The notes: generated by a model not told the origin, from the sequence alone. Positions 19,505 to 29,725 are shown, counted from the stretch's first letter. The stretch is DNA of 64,000 bases from Leptonemataceae bacterium (GCA_965227295.1 OZ245742.1:5504001-5568000), one strand, 5' to 3'. Numbers and translations are program-made.

Positions 19505-21475
19505 ATGCCATCATCACAACCACTCAACGTCGCACAAAAATTGATCCACTCCCATCTCGTCGACGGCGAAATGCAACCGGGCCGTGAGATCGGTATTCGC
19601 ATCGATCAAACGCTGACGCAGGACGCCACCGGCACACTCGTAATGCTCGAACTGGAGGCCATGGGCGTGGATCGCGTGCAAACCGAGCTGTCCGTCCAGT
19701 ATGTCGATCACAATCTCCTGCAGACCGACTACAAGAACGCCGACGACCACGTCTTTCTAAAGTCCGCGTGCGAAAAATTCGGTGTGTGGTACTCACGACC
19801 CGGCAACGGCGTGAGCCATCCCGTGCATCAGGAACGTTTCGGCAAACCCGGCAAGACCCTCGTGGGTTCGGACTCGCACACGCCGGCGGCGGGAGCGCTG
19901 GGCATGCTCGCCCTCGGCGCCGGCGGGCTCGACGTCGCCTTCGCCATGGCCGGCAAACCGCTCTACTTCAAGATGCCCGAGATCCTCGGCGTAAAACTCA
20001 CCGGTAAGCTGCCCGATTGGGTCAGCGCCAAAGACGTCATCCTGGAAATGTTGCGTCGTTACGACGTAAAGGGCTGCGTCGGTAAGATCGTCGAATACTA
20101 CGGGCCGGGCCTCGCGTCGTTGAGCGCCATGGACCGCCACGTCATTGCGAACATGGGCACGGAGCTCGGCGCGACGACGACGGTCTTTCCCGCGGACGAC
20201 GAAGTGCGTCGATTCTTAAAGTCCCAGGAGCGCGAGGATGATTATACCGAACTGCTCGCCGACGAGGGCGCACAGTACGACGCGAACGACGAGATCGATC
20301 TATCGCAACTGGTACCGCTCATCGCGAAGCCCGGCAGTCCCGGGGACGTCGTTAAGGTACGCGAAGTAGAAGGTAAGGACGTCCACCAGGTGGTCGTCGG
20401 TTCGTCGGCGAACCCCGGTCTGCGCGACTTCTGGACCCTGGCGAAGATCATGAAGGACGAGGCCGCCGATCCCCGGGTATCCTTCGACGTGAATCCGACG
20501 TCGCGCCAGGTCATCGAGAATCTTACAAATGACGGCGCCTTCCAGGAATTGATCCACTCCGGCGCCCGCTTTCACCAGGCCGGTTGTCTGGGCTGCATCG
20601 GCATGGGTCAGGCGCCCGCGTCGAATAAGATCAGCCTGCGCACCATGCCGCGCAACTTTCCCGGCCGCTCCGGCACGCTGGACGACCAGGTCTATCTCTG
20701 CTCGCCGGAAACCGCGGCCGCCGCGGCCCTCACCGGCAAAATCACCGACCCGCGCGACATCGAAGCACGCTTCGGCAAAACATATCCGCGCTACGAGTAC
20801 CCGAACAAAGAAATCATCAATCGCAAGCACCTGATCGCGCCGCCGGAAAGCGGAGACACGAAACTCGTGAAGGGACCGAACGTAAAGTCCCTCCCGGACT
20901 TCACAGACCTGCAGGACGAGTACGAATTTCCGGTGCTCCTCAAAATGAAAGACAACATCTCCACCGACGAAATTCTGCGCGCCGGGGCCGAGGTGCTGCC
21001 GCTCCGTTCGAACATCCCCGAGATCAGCAAGTGGTCGTTCTACATCGTCGACCGCGACTTCTACGATCGTGCGCGCGCGACGCAGGACGAACACGGCGGC
21101 CACTTCGTCGTCGCCGGCGAAAACTACGCCCAGGGATCGTCCCGCGAACACGCCGCCATCGCCCCGCGTTATCTCGGCCAGGTCGCCGTGATTGCGAAGA
21201 GCTACGCCCGCATCGGCTGGCAGAACCTGGTGAACTTCGGCATCGTACCGCTGGAGTTCGTGAACGACGGCGACTACGATCGCATCGAACAAAACGACAT
21301 CCTGCGCCTGGAAGAGCTGCGCGCGAGCATCCGGGACGGCAAACCGGTGCGCGTTCGTAACATCACGAAAGATGAAGTTTACGAAACAAAGACGGACCTC
21401 AGCGAACGCCAGCGCGAGGTCGTCCTGGCGGGGGGCGTCATCAATCTCTACCGCAAAGAAACCGCCGCGGCTTGA
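19505..21475 (+). CDS. Aconitate hydratase family protein (short, ~650 aa type)
   Basis: TQDATG, DHN, GSDSHT, GCLGCIG, RNFPGR, STDEI and NYAQGSSREHAA. ATG 19505 follows an AAGGA ribosome-binding site. Confidence 0.92.
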   Translation: MPSSQPLNVAQKLIHSHLVDGEMQPGREIGIRIDQTLTQDATGTLVMLELEAMGVDRVQTELSVQYVDHNLLQTDYKNADDHVFLKSACEKFGVWYSRPGNGVSHPVHQERFGKPGKTLVGSDSHTPAAGALGMLALGAGGLDVAFAMAGKPLYFKMPEILGVKLTGKLPDWVSAKDVILEMLRRYDVKGCVGKIVEYYGPGLASLSAMDRHVIANMGTELGATTTVFPADDEVRRFLKSQEREDDYTELLADEGAQYDANDEIDLSQLVPLIAKPGSPGDVVKVREVEGKDVHQVVVGSSANPGLRDFWTLAKIMKDEAADPRVSFDVNPTSRQVIENLTNDGAFQELIHSGARFHQAGCLGCIGMGQAPASNKISLRTMPRNFPGRSGTLDDQVYLCSPETAAAAALTGKITDPRDIEARFGKTYPRYEYPNKEIINRKHLIAPPESGDTKLVKGPNVKSLPDFTDLQDEYEFPVLLKMKDNISTDEILRAGAEVLPLRSNIPEISKWSFYIVDRDFYDRARATQDEHGGHFVVAGENYAQGSSREHAAIAPRYLGQVAVIAKSYARIGWQNLVNFGIVPLEFVNDGDYDRIEQNDILRLEELRASIRDGKPVRVRNITKDEVYETKTDLSERQREVVLAGGVINLYRKETAAA

Positions 21476-21492
21476 GTTCGGGAGACGGGATT

Positions 21493-21668
21493 GACTCCGA
21501 GGACCGAGGTACCGAGAGAAGAATGTGGAGGCGGGTTTGACTTGCGTGCGAGCAGGCTATGAAAGCTGTCTTAAGCATTGAGAAAATTAAAATTCATTAG
21601 CTTTGCCTGTCCGCATTCACACCAGGCAGGCTCTCCCAAAAACCCTCGGCCCCTCGGCCCTCGGAGTC
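21493..21668. repeat. CCGAG(G)-triplet inverted-repeat element, copy 4
   Basis: gactccgaggaccgaggtaccgag ... ctcggcccctcggccctcggagtc between convergent genes. Confidence 0.85.
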
Positions 21669-21676
21669 CGCAACTG

Positions 21677-22756
21677 CTAACTCACATTCACAACAAGTTT
21701 ACCGAAACGCTCGCCCTCGCCCTGCTCCCGGATTGCCCGCGGTCCCTCCGCAAATGCAAACGAGCCGTGAATCACCGGCCTCAGCTCCGCCGCCTCGAAG
21801 GCCCGGCACATGGCGATGAGTCCGGCGCGGTGCCCCAGGAAGATGCCCTGCAATCGAATGTTCCGCATGATCGCCGGCAGTAAGATCGACGCATCGAACT
21901 GACCGCGGCCCATGGCGCCGATCAGCGCGATGGTTCCCCCCGGGCGCACGCACTTCAACGAACGCTCGAGCGTTCCGGGCCCGCCGATTTCCAGGATCAG
22001 ATCCGCGCCGCCGCCGTTTGTGCGTTCGCGCACGGCAAGTTCCCAGTCCGGTTGTTTGCGATAGTTGATGCAGTCGTCCGCGGCGACGCCGAACTCCGCG
22101 ACGCAGCGCGCGAGTTTTTCATCGTCGCCGGACGTAACGAGAGCGCGGGCACCGAGCAAACGCGCGAGTTGCATGGCAAAGATCGAAACCGCCGACGTCC
22201 CCTGGATCACCACGGTAGAACCGGCACGCAAAGTCCCGGCCACGTCGCCGCCGGTGCCGCGCATATCGCCGTTCTGCGCTCCGTAAGTAACGAACGCGCT
22301 CCAGGCGGGCAGCCCCGCTCCCTGGAGCGCCGCGGCTTCGGCAAAAGATAAATGATCCGGCGCGCGAACCAACGCCGTCTCCGGCACGACGAGCAATTCC
22401 GCCAGCGTACCGGGGAGCGGGCCGCCCAGCGTAAACTTCAACGTGTCCCGATCCGGCGGTCCGCTCATCCAGCGCGTGGCGGTGAGCGGGATGACTCGAT
22501 CTCCCGCTTTGAACGCCGGACGCGCGCCGGCGAACGGACCGTACTCGACGACCGTACCGGCGCCGTCCGAACCCGGAATGAGCGGGATGGGATAGCGCGG
22601 ATTGTATTTGCCCTGCACGGCGAGAAAATCCCGAAAATTCAGCGCCGCCGCTTCGATTCGAATCAGCACTTCTCCGGGACCGGGCCGCGGATCGGGAACT
22701 TCCTTCACGCGAACGTTGTCGAGGCCCCAGGCCTCTTCGAGAAGAATTGCTTTCAT
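21677..22756 (-). CDS. MDR-family NAD(P)-dependent oxidoreductase (alcohol dehydrogenase-like)
   Basis: MKAILL...PGPGEVLIRI..AALNFRD, IPGSDGAG and C-terminal FGKLVV. Confidence 0.9.
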   Translation of the reverse strand: MKAILLEEAWGLDNVRVKEVPDPRPGPGEVLIRIEAAALNFRDFLAVQGKYNPRYPIPLIPGSDGAGTVVEYGPFAGARPAFKAGDRVIPLTATRWMSGPPDRDTLKFTLGGPLPGTLAELLVVPETALVRAPDHLSFAEAAALQGAGLPAWSAFVTYGAQNGDMRGTGGDVAGTLRAGSTVVIQGTSAVSIFAMQLARLLGARALVTSGDDEKLARCVAEFGVAADDCINYRKQPDWELAVRERTNGGGADLILEIGGPGTLERSLKCVRPGGTIALIGAMGRGQFDASILLPAIMRNIRLQGIFLGHRAGLIAMCRAFEAAELRPVIHGSFAFAEGPRAIREQGEGERFGKLVVNVS

Positions 22757-22786
22757 AAAATCCGAAGATGCAGCGCCGTGTGTATC

Positions 22787-24298
22787 ATGCAAGTCATCGG
22801 CGCCGCGTTCGGCGCAACCCGCGCATCCCTGGGCGCTGTTCTCCGATCCCTCACCGAAGAACGGCGCGGCGAGTTGCCGGCGTTGAACGGCTTTCGCACG
22901 TATGCGATTCTACTTGTCCCGATGTATCACACCTGGGCCGGCCTGTACCAGCAGGGCCTCGCGCCGGTGCGCCCGGAATGGTACCCGGGGCTCATGATCA
23001 ACCTGCAGTCGGTGCTGGATCTCTTTTTCATTCTCTCGGGCTTCCTGATCTCCGGCGCCCTGCTGAACGAGTACGAACGACGGCGCGCCGAAACCGGCAC
23101 CGGCCGCATCGATCTCCGGCGTTTCTTCCGGCGCCGGCACCTGCGCATCTGGCCGGCCTACTACTTCTTTCTCGCGACGTTTCTGCCCGTGGCCGTCGGC
23201 TTCGCGGTCGCTAACAATAATCCACAAGAACTTAACGAACTACACGCTCTCATCTACGAACAGAGCGGCGCCCTGTTGCACGAGGCGCTCTACATCATGA
23301 ACTACAGCCGCGGCGGCAACCTGCTGCATACCTGGTCGCTGGCCATCGAACAGCACTTTTATTTGATCTTCCCCTTTGCCGCGCACTATGTGCTCTTTCG
23401 TCTGAGCACCGGCCGGCGCATCGCCGTTCTGCTGTTGCTCTATGCGTTGCCGTTTTTCTTTCGCTGGTGGACCTACGCGCACTACGTCCACACCATGACC
23501 GACCACGATCTGTACATCTATCGCGTCTCGCACTGCCGCGCCGACTCGCTGATCGCCGGCATACTCTTAATGGAAGTCTACCGGTTGCGCCCCCGGCTCA
23601 CGTCGGCACTGGCGCGCCTCGGCCTCGGCGTCATCGGCGCTGCGATGTTTGCGTACAGTTATACGCTGCGCTTCGAAGACGGCCTCGTCTTCAACGCCGG
23701 TCGCTACAATTTTTTCGCAATCAGCCAGTGTCTGTTGATATACGTCGCGCTGCAACCCGGCTCGGTCCTCGGTCGGCTGCCGGCCCTGCCGATCTTCCGC
23801 CCCATCGCACGCATCAGCTATAGCACGTACCTCTGGCACCTGATGGCCGTGGGCTGGGGCATCAAAGAAGCAGCGAAGATCGTTACCCCGGTACCGGGAA
23901 ACGATCCCGCGTTCGTAGTCACCGCGGCGCTGATTGCCACGGCCGCTTCGTTCGTGCTCGGCCTGCTTGCGTACGCGTTGACGGAGTTTCCCTGGTTCCA
24001 ACTGCGCGACTCCGCACCCCGCGCAAAAGACAGCGCCGACGGCTGGCCGGCCGGACGGTCGCTGCCCGCCGACCCCGCCCGCCGATTCGCCGCGTTCGTC
24101 TTCGATCTGTATCTGCTGTTTCCGGTGCTGCTGCTGTACCGGTTTCACCGCGCACTGCCCGACTTCGGCCGGGAGGCGTACGTCGTTCCTCTAAGTTTGA
24201 TTGGATGTGTGTTAGTGCTCGCTGCGGCAATGACGCAGATCGTTTACTGGAAGCGCTACGGTTGCACGTTCGGCACAAGGATCCTGAAGATTTCGTAA
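22787..24298 (+). CDS. Acyltransferase-3 (OafA-like) membrane O-acyltransferase with a C-terminal RDD-like tail
   Basis: LNGFRTYAIL, DLFFILSGFLI, RRHLRIWPAY, HTWSLAIEQHFY and ISYSTYLWH. Start uncertain. Confidence 0.88.
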   Translation: MQVIGAAFGATRASLGAVLRSLTEERRGELPALNGFRTYAILLVPMYHTWAGLYQQGLAPVRPEWYPGLMINLQSVLDLFFILSGFLISGALLNEYERRRAETGTGRIDLRRFFRRRHLRIWPAYYFFLATFLPVAVGFAVANNNPQELNELHALIYEQSGALLHEALYIMNYSRGGNLLHTWSLAIEQHFYLIFPFAAHYVLFRLSTGRRIAVLLLLYALPFFFRWWTYAHYVHTMTDHDLYIYRVSHCRADSLIAGILLMEVYRLRPRLTSALARLGLGVIGAAMFAYSYTLRFEDGLVFNAGRYNFFAISQCLLIYVALQPGSVLGRLPALPIFRPIARISYSTYLWHLMAVGWGIKEAAKIVTPVPGNDPAFVVTAALIATAASFVLGLLAYALTEFPWFQLRDSAPRAKDSADGWPAGRSLPADPARRFAAFVFDLYLLFPVLLLYRFHRALPDFGREAYVVPLSLIGCVLVLAAAMTQIVYWKRYGCTFGTRILKIS

Positions 24299-24417
24299 GA
24301 TCTTTTTGCGCGCGGGCGTACCCGGCTTCCCGACGCCTCCGGAGCGCTTACGCCGGCATTCCCTTTCGCCTAAAAACTGATTGCCGGGAGAGGCTCGTAC
24401 ATAATATCAAAGAACGG

Positions 24418-25839
24418 ATGCTCCGGCCGGCGTTGGTTTTGTTCGTACTGCTCGCCGTGCCCGTGTTCTGCTTTCAAAAGTGGCGCTGCGGCCTGGAATC
24501 GCCGGGCGCGCGCTCCGGCGACGAACCGCATTACCTGGTCCTCCTGCACAGCATCGTCAAAGACGGCGATCTCGCAACGGCGAACAACTACGCGAGCCAC
24601 GACTATGCCCGCGGCATACACTTCGCCCATGTACCACCGGCGGCGCTGGACCACCACGCCATGTACGTAAACACCGAGAATCCGCGGGACTTTGTGCGCT
24701 GGGAAACGATACACGAGTTTCAGGTGGATCCCGAACGCCCGAACGATCCGGTCGGTTTTCGTTTCGTCCAACGCGAAGAGTACCGCGACTTCGACAAGAG
24801 CCGCTATCGCGAGATCGGCTGGCACCCGCCCGGTTATCCCATGCTCATGGCCATCGTGAGTTTTCCGCTGGTACTTGCGGATTCCTACTACGTCGAGGCC
24901 TGGATCGTACTCATCCAACTAGTGCTGTACGCCTGGGCCTGGATCTATGCCGTACAGGAAATCCGCACCGTCGTAACCGGCACGGAGTCGATGTTAAGCA
25001 CGGCGGCGTTTTTCTGGACGATCCTGCTGGCCGTGGCCCTGCCGGCCTATCACTACAACGCCGGTTTTTATACCGAGGGCCTCGCCTCGTCCCTGTGTCT
25101 GCTGGCCACCGCGGCCTGCCTCGGCCGGCGTCCCCTCGAACTCTCGCTCTACCTGGGCCTTTTGTTTTTCGTAAAGGAAAGCTACGCCCCTTTCGCTCTG
25201 TTCTTCACGGCGGCCTACGCCTTTGAAACCTATCGCCATCTCGGAGACCTGCGCACGGCGATCTATGACGCCGTCGCCCTGGCCGTTTTTCCGGTGCTGG
25301 CCTTTCTCATTTTCGCCGCACGTTCCTATCTCATCTACGGCTCGCCGCTTCAGACGTATCTCCCCTGGCAATCGAACCCGGATCCCCTCGGCGCCGCGTC
25401 CGCATTGTTATTGGGAACGAAGACAGGCCTGCTCGTCTTCACACCCGTGGTGCTGGTCTTCCTGGCCGGCCTCGTGGTGTTGTTCCCCGCGCGGCCCGGC
25501 ACGGCCCTGGCCCTGGGCGCGGCCTTTGCCTATCAGTTCGTGCTCACGGCGGCGACGGTCCACTGGTCCGGCGGACCATCGTTCGCCACCCGACTCCTGG
25601 CCCCGGCCGTGGCCCTCATCGCCCCGGCGTTCTTCGCCTGGCGTGAATCCACGCACGGTTCCCGGCTCTCGGTGGCCATCCTTACCGGGATGTTCGCCCT
25701 GGGAACACTCTCCGGGCTCAACGGCTTTTTCGGCGCGACGCATCTGAGCTATGCCTACGATACGGTTCCGTACGTGAACGCGGTATCTCCGCGACAATCG
25801 CAATTATATAGAAGAATCAAGATGGAACTGCAACAATGA
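24418..25839 (+). CDS. Polytopic membrane protein, putative GT-C-fold glycosyltransferase
   Basis: First TM helix followed by GDEPHY, HPPGYP, YTE, many further TM helices and a late RLLAP motif. Confidence 0.6.
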   Translation: MLRPALVLFVLLAVPVFCFQKWRCGLESPGARSGDEPHYLVLLHSIVKDGDLATANNYASHDYARGIHFAHVPPAALDHHAMYVNTENPRDFVRWETIHEFQVDPERPNDPVGFRFVQREEYRDFDKSRYREIGWHPPGYPMLMAIVSFPLVLADSYYVEAWIVLIQLVLYAWAWIYAVQEIRTVVTGTESMLSTAAFFWTILLAVALPAYHYNAGFYTEGLASSLCLLATAACLGRRPLELSLYLGLLFFVKESYAPFALFFTAAYAFETYRHLGDLRTAIYDAVALAVFPVLAFLIFAARSYLIYGSPLQTYLPWQSNPDPLGAASALLLGTKTGLLVFTPVVLVFLAGLVVLFPARPGTALALGAAFAYQFVLTAATVHWSGGPSFATRLLAPAVALIAPAFFAWRESTHGSRLSVAILTGMFALGTLSGLNGFFGATHLSYAYDTVPYVNAVSPRQSQLYRRIKMELQQ

Positions 25840-26252
25840 ACACCAGTGTGATCCGCCTCTACTGCGACGGAGCCAGCCGCGGCAATCCCGGGCCGGCCGC
25901 GATCGGTGCCGTCCTCTATCCGGAGGACAGCGACGAAGCCCTCCGCGAAATCTCCGAGGCCATCGGCAACGCGACCAACAACGTCGCCGAGTACACCTCA
26001 CTCATTCGCGGCCTGGAAGCCGCGGCGGACCTGGCCGGCGAGGCGGCGGCCGGGACCACCGTACATATTTGCATGGATTCCGAACTCGTGATCCGCCAGA
26101 TGCAGGGACGATACAAAGTGAAAAACGCCGGCCTGCGTCCTCTCTACGAACGCGCGAAGGCATTGTGCACCGCGTTCGCGGAATGTCGCCTGGATCATAT
26201 CCCCCGCGCCCGGAACGCGCACGCCGACGCCCTGGCCAATGCCGCGTTCTGA
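25836..26252 (+). CDS. rnhA: Ribonuclease HI
   Basis: DGASRGNPG, TNNVAEY, DSELVIRQ and N..ADALAN catalytic motifs. Confidence 0.9.
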   Translation: MNTSVIRLYCDGASRGNPGPAAIGAVLYPEDSDEALREISEAIGNATNNVAEYTSLIRGLEAAADLAGEAAAGTTVHICMDSELVIRQMQGRYKVKNAGLRPLYERAKALCTAFAECRLDHIPRARNAHADALANAAF

Positions 26253-26560
26253 CTTCGGATCATCAGTACTTAAAGTTTACGCATCCTGGTTCGGCGGGGA
26301 CGGACATGATGCGCAGCAAAAAAAATGATGCGCGGCAACATAAAGGACGCCCAAAAATCAATTCATTCTATAAACATGACGTAGTTTCGTAAAAAAGAAA
26401 CCCTGTCTCCTTTTTGTGATTGACTCCCCTCTCGTACCATCTCATATCAAGGCCGGATTTTTGATCCTTCCGATAGCTGGAAGAGTCTTGATCCAAAAAA
26501 ACAAAAACGTTTCTCAATCAACTCAACTTGAGTGAATACAAACGGAGGAAAGCTATACTC

Positions 26561-27526
26561 ATGAGAAGTTTCAAACACCTTCTCCTGTCTGCCGTCTTCA
26601 TGACTGCGTTTAGCGGTGTTTATGCGCAGGGCAGCTACATCGGCTTCGGTCTTGGCTTGCAGGATGACCTCGGCCAGCTTACCAATACGATCGTCGTTGA
26701 CGGTCTCAGCTCCGGAGCGAGCTACCCGACCTATGTAGGTCGTTCGGCTCCGTTCGGATGCGGTGCAAACCTGGTAACCAGCGGTCAGGCCAACCCGTGT
26801 TTCATTGAGGGAACCGGTGGCACGCAGGATGCCATCATTTCTGAAAACACCCTCATCGGCCTGGAAAAAAACACGGCCGGCCTCGTTCGTAGCGATACGA
26901 GCGGCGGCATGATTGGTGGCGTGCTGGCAGTCTTCTACGAAGGCGAAACCGAAGGCGGTTTCTTCTATCGTGCCGGTATCAACTACACCAAAAAAATCCT
27001 CGGCGGTGACAGCCAGTCGTACCTGTTCAAAGGTTCTCCCATTGAGATCAAATGGTACGACATCAAGTGGGACTACTACTCCTGGCACGTCCCGCTGTAC
27101 TTCGGCCTGAAAGCCGGCATCGGTGAAACGGCCTCCGTCTACGGCGGCGCCGGTATCAACTACGCAGCTGGTGGTTGGAACCTCGGCGGCACCAACAACG
27201 GGGACTACCTGGGCGCAATCCTGGGCCTGAATGTTGGTCTGCAAACGACCGTCAGCCAGTCCGGTGCCATCGTCCAGCGCCCGGCTTACAACGAATCCGC
27301 AAAATTCCGTGTTCAAGGCTACGGATACCAGTTCATGATCGGTATCGAGAACAAACTCGAAAGCGGGAACAAGATCTTCTTCGAAATCGAAACGATCAAA
27401 GCCGGTGCTCAGGGTTCAACCCCGACGTCTTCCGACGGTGGCCAGCAGGCCCTCGCCGACATCGCGGTTTACCCCATCAGCTTGAGCGGCACGAACTTCA
27501 AGTTCGGCTACAAGCTGGCACTCTAA
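26561..27526 (+). CDS. ompL1: OmpL1-type outer-membrane porin
   Basis: Signal peptide, then IGFGLGLQDDLGQL...DGL, ENTLIGLE, WYDIKWDY and C-terminal FGYKLAL, resembling leptospiral OmpL1. GGAGG ribosome-binding site and strong codon bias. Confidence 0.85.
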   Translation: MRSFKHLLLSAVFMTAFSGVYAQGSYIGFGLGLQDDLGQLTNTIVVDGLSSGASYPTYVGRSAPFGCGANLVTSGQANPCFIEGTGGTQDAIISENTLIGLEKNTAGLVRSDTSGGMIGGVLAVFYEGETEGGFFYRAGINYTKKILGGDSQSYLFKGSPIEIKWYDIKWDYYSWHVPLYFGLKAGIGETASVYGGAGINYAAGGWNLGGTNNGDYLGAILGLNVGLQTTVSQSGAIVQRPAYNESAKFRVQGYGYQFMIGIENKLESGNKIFFEIETIKAGAQGSTPTSSDGGQQALADIAVYPISLSGTNFKFGYKLAL

Positions 27527-27549
27527 ATCGCACGATCCCTTTCGTGACG

Positions 27550-27586
27550 AAAACCGCCCGCGGCTTCCAACCCGGGCGGTTTTTTT
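27550..27586 (+). terminator. Rho-independent terminator after ompL1, possibly bidirectional
   Basis: aaaaccgcccg-loop-cgggcggttttttt. Confidence 0.85.
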
Positions 27587-27599
27587 GTACCCGCCCGCC

Positions 27600-28160
27600 T
27601 CAGTCCATCAGCAAGCGCTCTTCGAGCATGAGATCCAGCGCGAAGTCTCCGGGCAGTTCTTCCATGTCCACGCTCACCCGACGCAGATGTTTGGAACGAT
27701 ACAGGTCCGTAACGCAGACGATCTCGTGGACCGGATGCCGTCGATCGCGATGGTTGTCGCGTTCCACGTAGATGCCGTCCTCGTGCACCCAGCCGGTGGC
27801 CAGGTGCGACCCGCCGTTGTGCAACTCGGCGACGATGTAGTACATAAACGCGCCCATGTCGCAAAAGTAGACACGCAGGTTTTCCGGACGGGCCGCGGCC
27901 AGCGCCCGGCGTAGATAGTGCATCTCCGGTTCGCCGTAACGATTGTAGCGATCCGTGCGCTCGTCGAAGTCCACAAGCAAGCGGAGGATTTCCTGGAAGT
28001 CCTCCTTGCGACTGACCAGTTCCATCCAGGGACCGGAGTCCTCGTCCGCCTCGGTGATCGGCCCATCATCATGAGAGCGAGGTGGGTCCTCCTTCTTGCG
28101 GCGACCGGTTTTCTTTCGTAACGGAGCGGTTTTCGGGCGCTCGAATTTCAGTTTCTGCAT
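27600..28160 (-). CDS. Hypothetical protein
   Basis: 186-aa ORF filling the gap, with GGAGG ribosome-binding site and typical codon usage; no motif recognised. Confidence 0.75.
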   Translation of the reverse strand: MQKLKFERPKTAPLRKKTGRRKKEDPPRSHDDGPITEADEDSGPWMELVSRKEDFQEILRLLVDFDERTDRYNRYGEPEMHYLRRALAAARPENLRVYFCDMGAFMYYIVAELHNGGSHLATGWVHEDGIYVERDNHRDRRHPVHEIVCVTDLYRSKHLRRVSVDMEELPGDFALDLMLEERLLMD

Positions 28161-28279
28161 GACGTCCTCCCGTCGTAAGCGCTGCGTCTCGTAGCAGCGG
28201 AACGGCGGAGGAAGATGGGGCAGGATGGATCAAACGTTGCACGTTTTTCGGGGTGCCGGCCGAAAAACGTAACCGCGGA

Positions 28280-29725
28280 TTAGATGGAAGAACGGGAGTT
28301 GTTCAGATAGCGCAGGACTTCGTCGTAGATGCCGCCGGGCTCCGCGAGGGCAGCGTGCTGGCGAACCGCCGCAAACCACTCGCGACATGAAGGCAGCACG
28401 CGACTCACCGCGTCGAGAAGATCGTTGGTGTTGAGCGGTTCGGCGCGGCCGCTCTGAATGGCCGTGCCCAGCTTCCGTTCGACGGCGGTATCCACCACGG
28501 CGGAGAGGTCCGCCCCGGAGAACTCCGCCGTGCGCGCGGCCACCTCCTCCAGGTCGATCAGCAAACGGCCGTCCTCATCGATATCCACCGGCCGGTCGCG
28601 CAGCAGGATTTCCAGGATGTTGCGCCTGGCCGCCAGGTCCGGCGGCGGTACAAACAGAAAACGATCGAAACGTCCCGGGCGGCGCAGCGCCGGGTCCAGG
28701 TGCCAGGGCGCGCTCGTGGCGCCGAGAATGAGAATGCCTTCGTTGTCCGAGTCCACCCCGTCCAGTTCGGTAAGGAACTGCGATACCACCGGCCGCAAAC
28801 CGGAACGGCGCAGACCGCTACGGCTGGCGCCCAGGGCTTCGACTTCGTCAAAAAAGAGGACACAGGGACGATGGATGCGGGCCTGCTCGAAGAGATCGTG
28901 CAGATTGCGTTCGCTCTGCCCCATCCACATATCGAGGACATCGCCCGGCCCCACGCTGATAAATCCGCCGCGCACTTCCCCGGCCGTCGCGCGCGCGAGC
29001 AGCGTTTTGCCGCAGCCGGGCGGCCCGAAGAGCAACAAGCCGCCACCGGCCTTTTTGCCGTAGGCCTCGTACAGATCCGCATGCAGCGCGGGATATACGA
29101 TCTTCAGACGGATGGCTTCTTTGAGATCGTCCATGCCGCCGACGTCCTGGAAATCCACGCTGGATCGCGCGATATCGGCTTCGTCCAGGTCCTGGTTTTC
29201 CTCGGCCGGAAAGAGACGCGTTACCGGCGGACTTTCCGCGGCAAAGAACGACGCCATATCTCCGGCTTGCTCCGAAAAAACGTCCGAGGCAAGATCCTCC
29301 GGCGATACAAAGGGACTCTCCGCCAGCTCCGTTTCCACCAGCGAAGGATAACGACGCAGGGCGCGACGAAAGGCCAGTCGCGCCGCTTCGAATTGATTCG
29401 TGACGATTAACAGACGAATGTGCAGAATCTCCACACGCTGCGACGCCTCGCCCGGACGCTCCAGGAGATCCTCCACGAGCACGAGGGATTCCGGATAGCG
29501 CTTTTGTACGTAAAAGCACTGAGCCAGGCCGAGCTTCAGGCGTTCGTGATGTGAGTCCAGGTCGAGTCCCGCGCGGTACTCGCGCTCCGCTTCTTCCACC
29601 CGATGATGTGTAAGCAGAGTTTCCGCAAGATGGAGACGTAATTCCGGATTCTTCGGAGAACGTCGTACGGCATCAAGCAGAACAACGATGGAGTCCGGTT
29701 CGGGATAACGTGCAGAAGAGTCCAT
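28280..29725 (-). CDS. AAA+ ATPase with N-terminal TPR-like repeats
   Basis: FQDVGGM, Walker A GPPGCGKT, Walker B LFFDE and SRH LDPALRRPGRFD. Confidence 0.92.
   Translation of the reverse strand: MDSSARYPEPDSIVVLLDAVRRSPKNPELRLHLAETLLTHHRVEEAEREYRAGLDLDSHHERLKLGLAQCFYVQKRYPESLVLVEDLLERPGEASQRVEILHIRLLIVTNQFEAARLAFRRALRRYPSLVETELAESPFVSPEDLASDVFSEQAGDMASFFAAESPPVTRLFPAEENQDLDEADIARSSVDFQDVGGMDDLKEAIRLKIVYPALHADLYEAYGKKAGGGLLLFGPPGCGKTLLARATAGEVRGGFISVGPGDVLDMWMGQSERNLHDLFEQARIHRPCVLFFDEVEALGASRSGLRRSGLRPVVSQFLTELDGVDSDNEGILILGATSAPWHLDPALRRPGRFDRFLFVPPPDLAARRNILEILLRDRPVDIDEDGRLLIDLEEVAARTAEFSGADLSAVVDTAVERKLGTAIQSGRAEPLNTNDLLDAVSRVLPSCREWFAAVRQHAALAEPGGIYDEVLRYLNNSRSSI

Noticed and set aside
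22352..22786. N-terminal extension of the acyltransferase ORF
   Set aside because: It is antisense to the MDR oxidoreductase gene.
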